Shown: in pieces, positions 28,705 to 37,866 of the stretch
Layout: the number at the start of each line of letters is the position of its first letter
Numbering within the stretch: the first letter of the stretch is position 1
Assembly (NCBI GenBank): GCA_965222115.1
Contig: CBDCTJ010000001.1
Coordinates: 224,001-288,000, forward strand
Origin: Planctomycetota bacterium
GTDB taxonomy: Bacteria > Planctomycetota > PLA2 > JAEUHO01
Direction of reading: 5' to 3'
DNA length: 64,000 bases
The notes under the pieces: generated by a model
Seen by the model: only the letters and a program-made list of their open reading frames with translations
Told to the model about the DNA's origin: nothing
Database searches by the model: none
Made by a program: the position numbers and the translations under genes

Positions 28705-29139
28705 ATGCATCTAGAAGTCGAACCGACCGGCACGTCGAAACCCGTTCCTTGCAGTTGCTGCGGACACGAGTCGCAAACAGTGTGGGGGTTCGTACATCAG
28801 GTCGAAGGCACGATTGCTGCCTACTATGTGCAGTGGACGAAGAGGCGGCCACAGGACGGCGCCAGCTTTGATCTCATCTTGGGTCCGTGGGGAGACGAAG
28901 CCTCGTCCGCCGATCGGGTCGCTGTCGCCCTTGAGTATCGTGCCAATGAAGGCAAGCCGGGATTCATGATCATTGATGCAACTACGCGTCCAATCGGATC
29001 AAGTGAACTTGCAGATCGAATACTTAGCCGGGAAGATGTCGTAGGTAGCGAATTGGCAAGCCATGCATTCAATGTCATTGACGCAATTTGGATCCAAGAC
29101 AGACGCATCAAAGAAGTGACGAAGTGGTATGGCTCTTGA
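28705..29139 (+). CDS. Hypothetical protein (N-terminal CSCCG)
   Basis: AGGA upstream; globular-looking 144 aa. Confidence 0.65.
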   Translation: MHLEVEPTGTSKPVPCSCCGHESQTVWGFVHQVEGTIAAYYVQWTKRRPQDGASFDLILGPWGDEASSADRVAVALEYRANEGKPGFMIIDATTRPIGSSELADRILSREDVVGSELASHAFNVIDAIWIQDRRIKEVTKWYGS

Positions 29140-29154
29140 AGTTTGGAACGCTCG

Positions 29155-29607
29155 TCACGAACATTCGACATACGCGGCAATGTTCTTGGCCTGGATGTCC
29201 CAGCCTTCTGTATTCGAACGCAACACGTCTTGTCTCTTCGATTCCGGTATCTGATGGAACCCCGATTCCCGAATCGTGAGCCGCGTGCCGTGCTCCGTGG
29301 GCTCCAGTTGGAACGTCACCAGCATCTTTGCGCTGTCGTCGTATGTCGTGTCGGGGTCAACGGCACTTGGGGGCCATGAAAAGACGAATGCGCGCTCAGA
29401 CTCGATGCGCTCGGTAGTGGATACCCACTTCACGTGTTCGTGGCCCGGAAAGGTCATGGTCCCGGTAGTGGTCGCTCCAACATCAAACGGTCCATCGAAG
29501 CGCACCCGAAACCACGCGCCGAATTCTTCGTGATTCGAAATGGCCCGCCAGACACGCGCGACAGACGCCTTTAGATCAACAACCTTTACGATCTCGTTTG
29601 GGTTCAT
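29155..29607 (-). CDS. SRPBCC/AHSA1-like (START fold) protein
   Basis: RVWRAIS..EEFGAWF, FSWPP, VTFQLEP...GTRLTIRESGF, GW. Confidence 0.88.
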   Translation of the reverse strand: MNPNEIVKVVDLKASVARVWRAISNHEEFGAWFRVRFDGPFDVGATTTGTMTFPGHEHVKWVSTTERIESERAFVFSWPPSAVDPDTTYDDSAKMLVTFQLEPTEHGTRLTIRESGFHQIPESKRQDVLRSNTEGWDIQAKNIAAYVECS

Positions 29608-29811
29608 GTGAACTCCGTTGCGTGAAGCGTTTCGGCTCTCACGCTAACTGAGGTTCCACAATCCTGCGAGCAACGTGTGGCCTAGACCAAGCTCGCGCGT
29701 AGTAGGAACTGTCTACGGGATAGATGCGCTTGCTTGGGCACCAAGTTCGGAGCCGACTGGTCTCTAGTGTCTGCAGGTGGGCGCTCCACAAGCGGATTTC
29801 AAGATTCGCCC

Positions 29812-29839
29812 TTGACAGTGATTTACTTATAGGTAAACT
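29812..29839 (+). promoter_or_regulatory. Sigma70-like promoter overlapped by a palindromic operator, upstream of the TA-like pair
   Basis: TTGACA-16bp-TAAACT, with TTTACTTATAGGTAAA inverted repeat at 29822-29837. Confidence 0.6.
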
Positions 29840-29840
29840 A

Positions 29841-30190
29841 ATGCAAGACCATCTGTTTTACGCTGGCGCCAGGCGCACCGTTGTGTGTGTTTGTAGGCCA
29901 AATGGCCGGAGCCCTGCGAAGGAGTTTCTAGACAACCTGAACAGGGAGAGACCCAGCGAATTCCGTGGACTAGAGGCTCGCCTCATTTTCATCGCCGAGT
30001 ATGCAGGAACAATTGATCGCGAGAAGTTCAAGAAGCTAAGCTCGACGAAAGGGCTCTGGGAACTGAGATTTAAGGACATTCGATTACTTGTTTCGTTCAG
30101 CGCGGGACGCTGCTGCTGTTGACGCACGGCTTCGTAAAGAAACGCCAGAAAATCGCCGCACGCGAACTCGTAGGTCCGGACTATTCATGA
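29841..30190 (+). pseudogene. Frameshifted RelE/ParE (Gp49-like) type II toxin
   Basis: NGRSPAKEFLDNL...GLWELRFKDIRLL in one frame; LLLTHGFVKKRQK continues in another frame after ~30105. Confidence 0.7.
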
Positions 30191-30401
30191 AGCGCGCGTC
30201 GATGAGTCTCCAAACTCCCGTCCAGATACCCTTCGCGCTAAGACTTGGCATTGCTCGGCAGCTACAGTTTGTTCTCGCGAAGGATTTGGATTCAAGGTCG
30301 AAGCGGTGGTTCCGAGGCGATGCCAAAAGCATCGTCGAGCGGTTCTCCGCAAAGAGATTGGATTCGAAGACCAGCGAGAACCGCGCGATTCACGCCAATT
30401 C

Positions 30402-30734
30402 ATGAATAGTCCGGGCAATAGCTACCAGGATTATGAACGAATGGCTACAAGCAAACGAGAAGCACTAAGCAGGGGATTATGCAAGATCCGGTCCCTCGAG
30501 TTTGAGCTGGAGTGGGCTTGGCTTCACATTACAGAGGCCCTCTTAGCTGAAATGGAAGCGCAAGGCGTGAACCGCACAGAGTTGGCCCGCCGAGTTGGTA
30601 AGAGCAAACCTTGGGTCACCAAGGTGCTCTCACTGGAGAGCAATCCAACGCTGAAATCGCTCGTGATTCTGGCTCGTGCGCTTGGACTGCGATGGGAGGT
30701 GCATCTTGCGTCACCCGGCAAACCATCGCGTTGA
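30402..30734 (+). CDS. XRE-family HTH protein (HigA-like antitoxin)
   Basis: GVNRTELARRVGKSKPWVTKVL..ESNPTLKSLVILARALG. Confidence 0.8.
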   Translation: MNSPGNSYQDYERMATSKREALSRGLCKIRSLEFELEWAWLHITEALLAEMEAQGVNRTELARRVGKSKPWVTKVLSLESNPTLKSLVILARALGLRWEVHLASPGKPSR

Positions 30735-30813
30735 CCGCGACACGAATGGGTCCGCTGAAACGCTATACGGCGTTAGCGTTTCGCTTCCGAGGCCGTTTTC
30801 TCCCCTACCATAG

Positions 30814-31042
30814 ATGAAGTGTCCTCCACTCTCAAACCTTCAGTTTCGAGCCCTTCAAACGCGCATCGCGGCGTTGTGCGAGGTGCAATGCCGTCGTACT
30901 TAGTACGAGCAAGGGCTTATATTCGGAGATTCACTCGTTCTTGTGTGTATTCACGTATGGAACCTGGTGGCTCCTTTGGAAGATCTTCACCAAACTGAGA
31001 ATCTGCGGCCATCGGTGCCCGAATTGCGGTGGTCGGGCTTAG
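30814..31042 (+). pseudogene. Small zinc-ribbon membrane protein (LITAF-like layout), frameshifted near its start
   Basis: ATG AAG TGT CCT then +1 shift into HSQTF...RCARCN...IHSFLCVFTYGTWWLLWKIF...HRCPNCGGRA*. Confidence 0.5.
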
Positions 31043-31066
31043 ACGCTTGAATGAACAAGTCTCTGC

Positions 31067-31885
31067 CTATTTCTTCTTACGCTCCTTCGCAAGCTGAAGC
31101 TCAAGCGCACGAATCATGGCGTCCACATCGGGTCCTTGATTGCCACGAAACGCGATCTTCCCATCGGACCCGACGACGTAAAGACGATTGGGGTAGGCTC
31201 CATAGGCGATGCCCGCGGAGTCCGCCATGTCATCGACAAGTACGGGAATCGTGAACTTTGCGGTTTTGATGCACGCACTCGCGGTAGCCACGCGTTCCTT
31301 GAACGTTTTGGGATCCTTTAGCTTTACGACGCCGCTCGACGTGGGCGCTGCGCTCCAGCCGTCCGTGGGATGGGCTTCGCGAATGTAGATGAAGTAGAAA
31401 TCAGCGGATTTCTTGAAGCGCCGATAGATCCCTTGCAGGCGAACTGCCTGACTCATAAACGGGCCTCAGGTGTAGGAACCAAACATCAATACGGTCGGTC
31501 GTTTGGGTTTGGACAGATCGACACTTCCCGAGCCGTCCAGTTTCGCAACCCACACTTGAGGCGCTGCGTCACCTACTTTTCGCGCCACAACCTTGTAGAT
31601 CTTACGCGTCTTGTTTAGTTGCTGAGCGAACGCCGCCGCCCACTCCTTGACATCCAGCTTGCCGTCGCGGTTGGTATCGGCGATTTTGTAGAAATTAATC
31701 CACTCTTGCAACGACACATCGCCATCGCCATCCGTGTCGAGATCGGGATCGTCCGGAGGGACCATAGGCCCACGCGGAGCGACGGGGGGCCCATTTGTCT
31801 TTCCGGGAGCGGGCGCTTTGGGATCATCGGCCATGACCGGCAACACAAGCATGAGCACAACGAAGAGGGAGATTGCGTACTTCAC
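31067..31885 (-). CDS. Selenoprotein: signal peptide, EF-hand pair and iodothyronine-deiodinase-like thioredoxin domain (Sec at TGA 31466-31468)
   Basis: ORFs 31466..31885 and 31067..31456 are in frame across one TGA: RPTVLMFGSYT-U-GPF...FIYIREAHPTDGW...VDDM...YGAYPNRLYV; EF loops DTDGDGDVSLQE and DTNRDGKLDVKE. Confidence 0.88.
31436..31465 (-). promoter_or_regulatory. Bacterial SECIS-like hairpin
   Basis: After UGA: GGCCCGUUUAUGAGU-CAGGC-AGUUC-GCCUG; the loop starts at +21 with G second. Confidence 0.7.
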
Positions 31886-32100
31886 GGTTCTTTAGTAATC
31901 GCAAATCGAGGTCGATGTGGGAGATTCACTATCGCGGTGACGGAACGCGGATGCAGTCGTGACAATCACTGCAAATCAGCGTGACTTCCGTACCGAGTCT
32001 TCACGAGGCTTGGAAATGAAGTATCCAACGATTGGCTATCTACAAAAAGTCGACGTCGTCAGCGCCCGGGGGTCAATAGGAACGTCTTTGGATGCGCGTC

Positions 32101-32274
32101 CTAACGAATCAGATCCAGCAGTGAAATGTCGTACGACTCGCCCTGCGCGCCTCCGCCTCGCTTTGCGTTGAATTCGTCTTCTTCGGATTCATACACCGTG
32201 ACACAGGAGGTTGCGCTCATGAGCAGGATCGCCACAAGGAATGCGGAGAGCGCCATCTTCGCCCAAACATGCAT
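32101..32274 (-). CDS. Small lipoprotein (57 aa, below the ORF-track cutoff)
   Basis: MHVWAKMALSAFLVAILLMSATS-CVTVYESEED...: hydrophobic core plus lipobox-like ATSC. Confidence 0.55.
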   Translation of the reverse strand: MHVWAKMALSAFLVAILLMSATSCVTVYESEEDEFNAKRGGGAQGESYDISLLDLIR

Positions 32275-32324
32275 GCGCTGCGCGATGCTCGACGGGATGG
32301 ATCGTTGGGCGCAAATGATCGGCT

Positions 32325-32681
32325 TTATCCCCGGACGGCCTTGAGCGCCTCATCATCGGTGTCAAAATTCTCAACCTTGCCGAAGATGCCGACAAGATCA
32401 AGGGCGCGCTTCACGGGACCGCGCGTCTCACTGAAGACTACCTTGCGGTGCGTTTTCATCGCCGCGGCGCATGCGGCAGCAATAACGCCAATGCCGGCGC
32501 TCGTGATGAACTGAAGATCCGCCATGTTGAGGATGATGTGGGCGGAACCCTCTTCGGCTTCCTTGCGGAGTTCGCCTAGAAACTCCCAAGACTTGTTGTT
32601 CCCGACCAGTTCGCCCTTGAGGCGGCAAAGCACAATCTTGCCGTCGTCCAGAATGTTGTGTTCTGCAGAAAAATCGCTCAT
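32325..32681 (-). CDS. STAS-domain anti-sigma-factor antagonist
   Basis: IILNMADLQFITSAGIGVI, VKRALDLVG. Confidence 0.88.
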   Translation of the reverse strand: MSDFSAEHNILDDGKIVLCRLKGELVGNNKSWEFLGELRKEAEEGSAHIILNMADLQFITSAGIGVIAAACAAAMKTHRKVVFSETRGPVKRALDLVGIFGKVENFDTDDEALKAVRG

Positions 32682-32777
32682 GGCGGGTCACCTCAATTTG
32701 CTCGCTGTCAGTGCCTTGCGCGGCGTATGCAGAGTACCCTATGCGGGAGCGCACGCCGAACATCAGGAGGGACGCGG

Positions 32778-33140
32778 ATGACCATCCGAGGATTTGATCA
32801 CCTGTACATCGAGAGCGCGCACTGGGACGCCTCGCGCGAATTCTGGATGAGCTTGGGACTCACTGAGGTTGCGACTTGGGGCGAGGGCGGGCACCGCGCC
32901 TGCAAGCTCGCTTCGGATCAGTTTGCAGTCGTTCTTGCCGAGTCAAGCTCGCCATGTAGTCCCACGATGCACCTGAGCGTCGACGACGCCAAGGATGTTC
33001 AACGAGAGTTGCAAGGCGCACCCGGCGTCAAGATCACAACACCAGCCGAAAACACCCACTGGGGCACATCGTGGATCCGCGTTGCAACGCCGGATGGGCA
33101 TGAGATCGCGCTGGAGTGCCCTCGACCAATGGTCGACTAG
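32778..33140 (+). CDS. VOC/glyoxalase family protein
   Basis: FDHLYI...SREFW..LGL; THWGT.WIRVATPDGH.IALE; GGAGG RBS. Confidence 0.82.
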   Translation: MTIRGFDHLYIESAHWDASREFWMSLGLTEVATWGEGGHRACKLASDQFAVVLAESSSPCSPTMHLSVDDAKDVQRELQGAPGVKITTPAENTHWGTSWIRVATPDGHEIALECPRPMVD

Positions 33141-34180
33141 CGTGCATTCATCGGAGGAGCGACGCGAACCAACGTACTGCCATCATCACACGCCTCCACC
33201 GCAATGCGCGGCCCCAGGAAAGCGTGGATCACTTCAATATTGGTCTTGCTGTGCGGCGTGAGTCCGACCGTACGAAACGCACCGCCCGCACCGAGCACCA
33301 TTGGCAGCATGAGTTGATCCGCCAGATGACGACCCACGGGCGCATCCAACTTCATCCAACGACGCGCCTGACGACACGCGGTCTTCGCAACGCGCTCGGC
33401 GGGCAGATCCACCTTGCCGTGACTCTCAAAGACTTCGCTCACGTGCTCATGATCGATCTGCAATACAACGGTGTTACCCGGACCGGGACTTCCGGTCGCC
33501 TGAATCACGTGCGAATCGCGCTTACGCCATCCAAGTTCGCGGCGTACGACTTCGAGTTCGCGCTCGGCAATTTGGTGGTGGAGATTGGCGATGTAGGCCC
33601 GTGCAGCAACGGACGTACGCTGTCCACGTTCCATGAGCTCAAGTGAACGCCACGTTTCCGGGGGTTCAATGACGACTGTGATACGGCCCCCACCCGCCGG
33701 GAAGAAACCATAGCGCTCGATGTCCATGGAGATCGTTGCACCCATAGCGCGTAAAGCCGGTGCAAAGGCGTACTTGAGATAATCAAACGACGGCGCAAAC
33801 GAGGCGTGAGTCCCGCCTTCAACCACGAGCGTTGTGGGTCCGTCGGCCAGCAACGCCGCGGGCAGCACGGCCTGGACAACCAGACTCGTGCTACCCGCGG
33901 TTCCGACAGACAAGTGGTAGGTCCCCGCCGCAATGCCTTGCGGCGTGAAGTCGAGCGACTCCGAACGCAACTCAGCACCTTGCACCATGGCATGACCCAT
34001 GCGCTTGGCAGCTTCAACACACGTGAGGTGTTGACGCAAGAGACCACCCTTGCGACGCCCAGCCCGAATCTTCCGCATTGAAAGCGGCCGACCCGTGGCG
34101 AGCGAAAGCGCGAGGGAGGAGCGCAGCATTTGGCCGCCCCCCTCGCCCTTACTTCCGTCAATGACAACCGGTGTGTTCAC
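33137..34180 (-). CDS. rtcA: RNA 3'-terminal phosphate cyclase
   Basis: IDGSKGEGGGQMLRSSL, GLLRQHL, GGTH, GFFPAGGG, HLADQL. Confidence 0.96.
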   Translation of the reverse strand: MNTPVVIDGSKGEGGGQMLRSSLALSLATGRPLSMRKIRAGRRKGGLLRQHLTCVEAAKRMGHAMVQGAELRSESLDFTPQGIAAGTYHLSVGTAGSTSLVVQAVLPAALLADGPTTLVVEGGTHASFAPSFDYLKYAFAPALRAMGATISMDIERYGFFPAGGGRITVVIEPPETWRSLELMERGQRTSVAARAYIANLHHQIAERELEVVRRELGWRKRDSHVIQATGSPGPGNTVVLQIDHEHVSEVFESHGKVDLPAERVAKTACRQARRWMKLDAPVGRHLADQLMLPMVLGAGGAFRTVGLTPHSKTNIEVIHAFLGPRIAVEACDDGSTLVRVAPPMNAR

Positions 34181-34251
34181 CGTATTCCTCGTTACGCATC
34201 ACGACGACGGCCGCTAGGCACTCGGCGCAAAACGTACTTTCAAACGCAGTT

Positions 34252-35457
34252 CTATCCCTTTACGCAAATAACCTGCTTGATTTCGTGTACGACTTCAACA
34301 AGGTCCTTCTGTGCGTTCATGACGGCGTCGATTGACTTGTAGGCCGCCGGCGTCTCGTCCAAGACACCCGCGTCCTTTCGACATTCCACGCCCGCGGTCA
34401 TGCGTTCGTGGTCTTCCTTGGTGAACTTCTTACGCGCCGCGGTTCGCGACATCGTCCGACCTGCACCGTGGCTGCAGCTCTCAAAGCTCTCGGGGTTTCC
34501 AAGCCCGCGAACAATGTAGGAGCGCGCCCCCATACTGCCCGGAATGATGCCCATCTCGCCGCGACCGGCACGCACGGCCCCCTTACGGGTGACCCACACG
34601 TCTTCGCCGTAGTGCTCCTCACGCACAACGTAGTTGTGGTGACAGTTCACGGCTTCGACCTGCGCATTGAAGTCGGGAAGCTCTCGAATGCTCTTCAGCG
34701 CGTCCATGACAAAGCCCATCATTACGATGCGGTTTTGCCGTGCGTAGTTCTGGGCCCATCCAACCGCTTCAACGTAGTCGTCAAAGTGCTTGGTGCCTTC
34801 CGTAAAGTAGGCCAGGTCCTTGTCGGGCAATGTGGACAACGCGTCTTCCATGTCCTTCTTTGCCCGCGCAATGAAGTAGCGGCCGATCATGTTGCCAATC
34901 CCGCGTGAACCGCTGTGCAGCATGGCCCACACACGATCTTCCGTATCAAGGCAAATCTCGATGAAGTGGTTTCCCCCACCGAGGGTTCCCAACTGCTTTG
35001 CGGCAGCCTTTTCACCGATCTTCGGGTGCTTGGCCATAATGCGCTTGAAGGCCTTGTCCATCTTGGCCCACGCCTTTGCGTTCACATTCGGCAAACGCTT
35101 GTGCGACGCGCGACCCACCGGTACACGCCGTTCAATCTGCGTACGCATGTTCTTCAAGTTGTCGGGGAGGTCGCTGGCCTTTAGCGATGTACGCACCGCC
35201 ATCATGCCGCAACCAATGTCCACGCCAACCGCCGCCGGAATGATTGCCTTGTGCGTGGGAATCACGCTGCCAATTGTGGCACCGAGACCCCAGTGAACAT
35301 CGGGCATCGCCGCAACCCAGCGATGGATAAACGGCAACTTGGCCACGTTCTTGAGCTGGCGCTTGGCCTCGTCTTCAATCGGCACGCCTCGAGTCCATGT
35401 CTTGACCGGCACGCCTTCGCCCTCGGGCTGAATGACTTCGTAGTTGGTGGTGGTCAT
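34252..35457 (-). CDS. rtcB: RNA-splicing/repair ligase RtcB
   Basis: MPDVH.G.G, GVDIGCG, GTLGGGNHF, HSGSRG, CHHNY, SHGAGR, DE.P.AYK, VKG. Confidence 0.97.
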   Translation of the reverse strand: MTTTNYEVIQPEGEGVPVKTWTRGVPIEDEAKRQLKNVAKLPFIHRWVAAMPDVHWGLGATIGSVIPTHKAIIPAAVGVDIGCGMMAVRTSLKASDLPDNLKNMRTQIERRVPVGRASHKRLPNVNAKAWAKMDKAFKRIMAKHPKIGEKAAAKQLGTLGGGNHFIEICLDTEDRVWAMLHSGSRGIGNMIGRYFIARAKKDMEDALSTLPDKDLAYFTEGTKHFDDYVEAVGWAQNYARQNRIVMMGFVMDALKSIRELPDFNAQVEAVNCHHNYVVREEHYGEDVWVTRKGAVRAGRGEMGIIPGSMGARSYIVRGLGNPESFESCSHGAGRTMSRTAARKKFTKEDHERMTAGVECRKDAGVLDETPAAYKSIDAVMNAQKDLVEVVHEIKQVICVKG

Positions 35458-35517
35458 TGTGGACCTCCCATCGTGATGCGAACTGTGGACGACGACTCGT
35501 CGCCCAGCGATCCCTAT

Positions 35518-35534
35518 CACACGCGGCGTGCCAG
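35518..35534 (-). promoter_or_regulatory. Putative sigma54 (-24/-12) promoter of rtcBA
   Basis: CTGGCACG-CCGC-GTGTG on the minus strand; -24 box perfect, -12 GC replaced by GT; divergent sigma54 activator adjacent. Confidence 0.55.
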
Positions 35535-35630
35535 AATCGAAAGCGCCCGGAGATTTTACATAACATGCTGTAAATTATGATCTTACGATCGATCCACCAA
35601 GGACTAACTCAACAGGCCAAAGGCAGTCTA

Positions 35631-35667
35631 TATATCTAGATATACAAATATATCTATTCATATAGAT
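35631..35667. promoter_or_regulatory. Putative RtcR upstream activating sequence
   Basis: Perfect palindrome TATATCTAGATATA (35631-35644) and ATCTAT-N4-ATAGAT (35652-35667), ~100 bp from the sigma54 site. Confidence 0.55.
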
Positions 35668-35677
35668 TGATTGAGCC

Positions 35678-37261
35678 ATGGCCGCCCAGAAAGTCACCGC
35701 GCTCGGATTCCTCGGCACGCGAATTGACCGCGGAGGTTGGCGGCGCTGGCGACCCACCGTGGACTTGTGTCGCCACGACGACTTGGTCATAGAAAAGCTC
35801 GAACTCCTGGTCGATCCCAAATCGCGCGACCTCGCCAAGGAAATCACTCGCGACCTATCGGCCATCTCTCCTGAGACCAACCTTGTCGTTCACGACTTCG
35901 ATATGGACGACCCGTGGGACTTTGAAGAAGTCTATGGACGCCTGCACGACTTTGCGTTGACGCGTAAGTTCGATCCCGAACGTGAAGACCTGCTCATTCA
36001 CATGACCACGGGCACGCACGTTGCGCAGATCTGTCTCTACCTCTTAACGGAAGCACGCTACCTACCCGGCAGGTTGATTCAAACCAGTCCACCCAAACGC
36101 GGCCAAATGCCCGGGCGCTACACGATTATCGACCTGGACCTGTCTCGCTTTGACCGATTGCACGCGCGCTTTGAACGCGAGAAAGAAGAGGGCCGCTCGT
36201 TTCTCAAGGCGGGCATCGCTACGAAGAATAAGAAGTTCAACGCACTGATCGAACTCATTGAACGCGTCGCCATTCGCTCGCGCGATCCCATGTTGCTGCT
36301 CGGCCCAACCGGTGCGGGCAAGAGTGCATTGGCAAAACGCATTCACGCGCTCAAACGTGAACGCAATCAACTGCAGGGACAGGGTCCGTTTGTGGGCATT
36401 AACTGTGCCACCTTGCGGGGCGAGAACGCGATGTCGGCGCTCTTTGGTCATGTGCGCGGAGCCTTCACGGGTGCTGCAAGTGCCAGACAGGGATTGCTAC
36501 GCGCGGCCGACGGTGGCGTGTTGTTTCTCGACGAGATTGGCGAGCTCGGCCTCGATGAGCAAGCCATGCTGCTGCGCGCCCTTGAAGATGGTACGTTCCT
36601 TCCGCTGGGAAGTGATCGCGAAGTGTCCAGTCGGTTTCAATTGCTTGCCGGCACCAACCGCGATCTCCGCATGGACGTGGGCGCGGGACGTTTTCGCGGC
36701 GACCTTCTCTCGCGCATCGACGTGTGGACCTTCGAACTGCCCGCTCTCAAGGATCGACCCGAAGACATCGAACCCAATCTCGAATTCGAACTCGGGCGTG
36801 CGGGAGGACTCACGTCGGGCCGCGCCTCGATGAATCGCGACGCACGTCGCGCCTTCCTCAAGTTCGCCACCAGCCCCGGCGCGCTTTGGCTCGGCAACTT
36901 CCGCGACTTCTCAGGCGCCATTCGACGCATGGCCACACTTGCACAGGGTGGCCGCATTGACCGCGCCCTCGTCGAAGACGAAATCGAACGCCTCAAACGC
37001 TCTTGGAATCGCGGCGCCCCCACAGACGACCCGCGTCGCATACTGAGCAGCGTATTGAGCGACGACGCCATGGCCGACATCGACCGCTTCGATCTCGTTC
37101 AGCTTGCCGATGTCGTAGACGTTTGCCGCACCTCAAAGTCTCTCAGCGCCGCCGGCCGCACCCTCTTCGCCGCTTCCCGCACCAAACGCACCTCCACCAA
37201 CGACGCCGATCGGCTGCGCAAGTACCTTCAGCGCTTCGGCCTGCGATTTAGCGACCTCTAA
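35678..37261 (+). CDS. rtcR: RNA repair sigma54-dependent activator RtcR (CARF plus AAA+)
   Basis: RWRPTV, DPWDFEEVY, HMTTGTHVAQIC, GPTGAGKS, GAFTGA, FLDEIGE, NDADRLRKYL. Confidence 0.96.
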   Translation: MAAQKVTALGFLGTRIDRGGWRRWRPTVDLCRHDDLVIEKLELLVDPKSRDLAKEITRDLSAISPETNLVVHDFDMDDPWDFEEVYGRLHDFALTRKFDPEREDLLIHMTTGTHVAQICLYLLTEARYLPGRLIQTSPPKRGQMPGRYTIIDLDLSRFDRLHARFEREKEEGRSFLKAGIATKNKKFNALIELIERVAIRSRDPMLLLGPTGAGKSALAKRIHALKRERNQLQGQGPFVGINCATLRGENAMSALFGHVRGAFTGAASARQGLLRAADGGVLFLDEIGELGLDEQAMLLRALEDGTFLPLGSDREVSSRFQLLAGTNRDLRMDVGAGRFRGDLLSRIDVWTFELPALKDRPEDIEPNLEFELGRAGGLTSGRASMNRDARRAFLKFATSPGALWLGNFRDFSGAIRRMATLAQGGRIDRALVEDEIERLKRSWNRGAPTDDPRRILSSVLSDDAMADIDRFDLVQLADVVDVCRTSKSLSAAGRTLFAASRTKRTSTNDADRLRKYLQRFGLRFSDL

Positions 37262-37866
37262 ATTCATACTCGAAGAGCCGAGCAATGAACCGGCTATCCG
37301 TATGAAGGCAGAGTTGCATTCGAAAATTCAGAAAATTGTTGGCGGATGTCGCGCATGAATGACGAGATATTAAAGGGCAGTTTTAATTTTCGCGCATCTC
37401 ATTGCCATAAGCGCCCGTGATTACCGACAAAGTAGCCGATGTCGGTACGCGCAAGAGTTTGCTCTCAATGCACAAAAATCGGCTTATGGGAGTCCTTCGC
37501 GATTCGCCAACCTTCGTTTGATTTGATTGGCTGTGTCACGCATGCGTATCTCCTACGTCACGATGCACGTGACAAGAGTTGTGCGAATCAAGATCAACTT
37601 TAGCGGGAAAACGCAGATAACGTGCGGGTGTGCGGCCTACGGAGCGCCGTGCAAATAATTTCGAGTCGAGTAAGGGCAGCAATCTTTGCACAACTTTCGC
37701 CGTGAAATTTCGCGCCACTCGAAACTCTCATCCCTACCGTCAGACTTGCGCAGTGGAGAAGCACGCGCAAGTCGCCGTGTTCCTCCGAAAGCGTGCAACG
37801 CAGACATACGGGGATGTATCCACGCCGATTGAGAAGTGGATGGCTTCCCCGGTTAGGGGGCACACC

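Noticed and set aside
31466-31468. Nonsense mutation (pseudogene) reading of the TGA
   Set aside because: It falls exactly at the deiodinase Sec position and is followed by a SECIS-like hairpin
34196-35481. 10-bp inverted repeat (CGCATCACGA/TCGTGATGCG) flanking rtcB as an invertible or mobile unit
   Set aside because: Too short to exceed chance, and the rtcBA order is canonical
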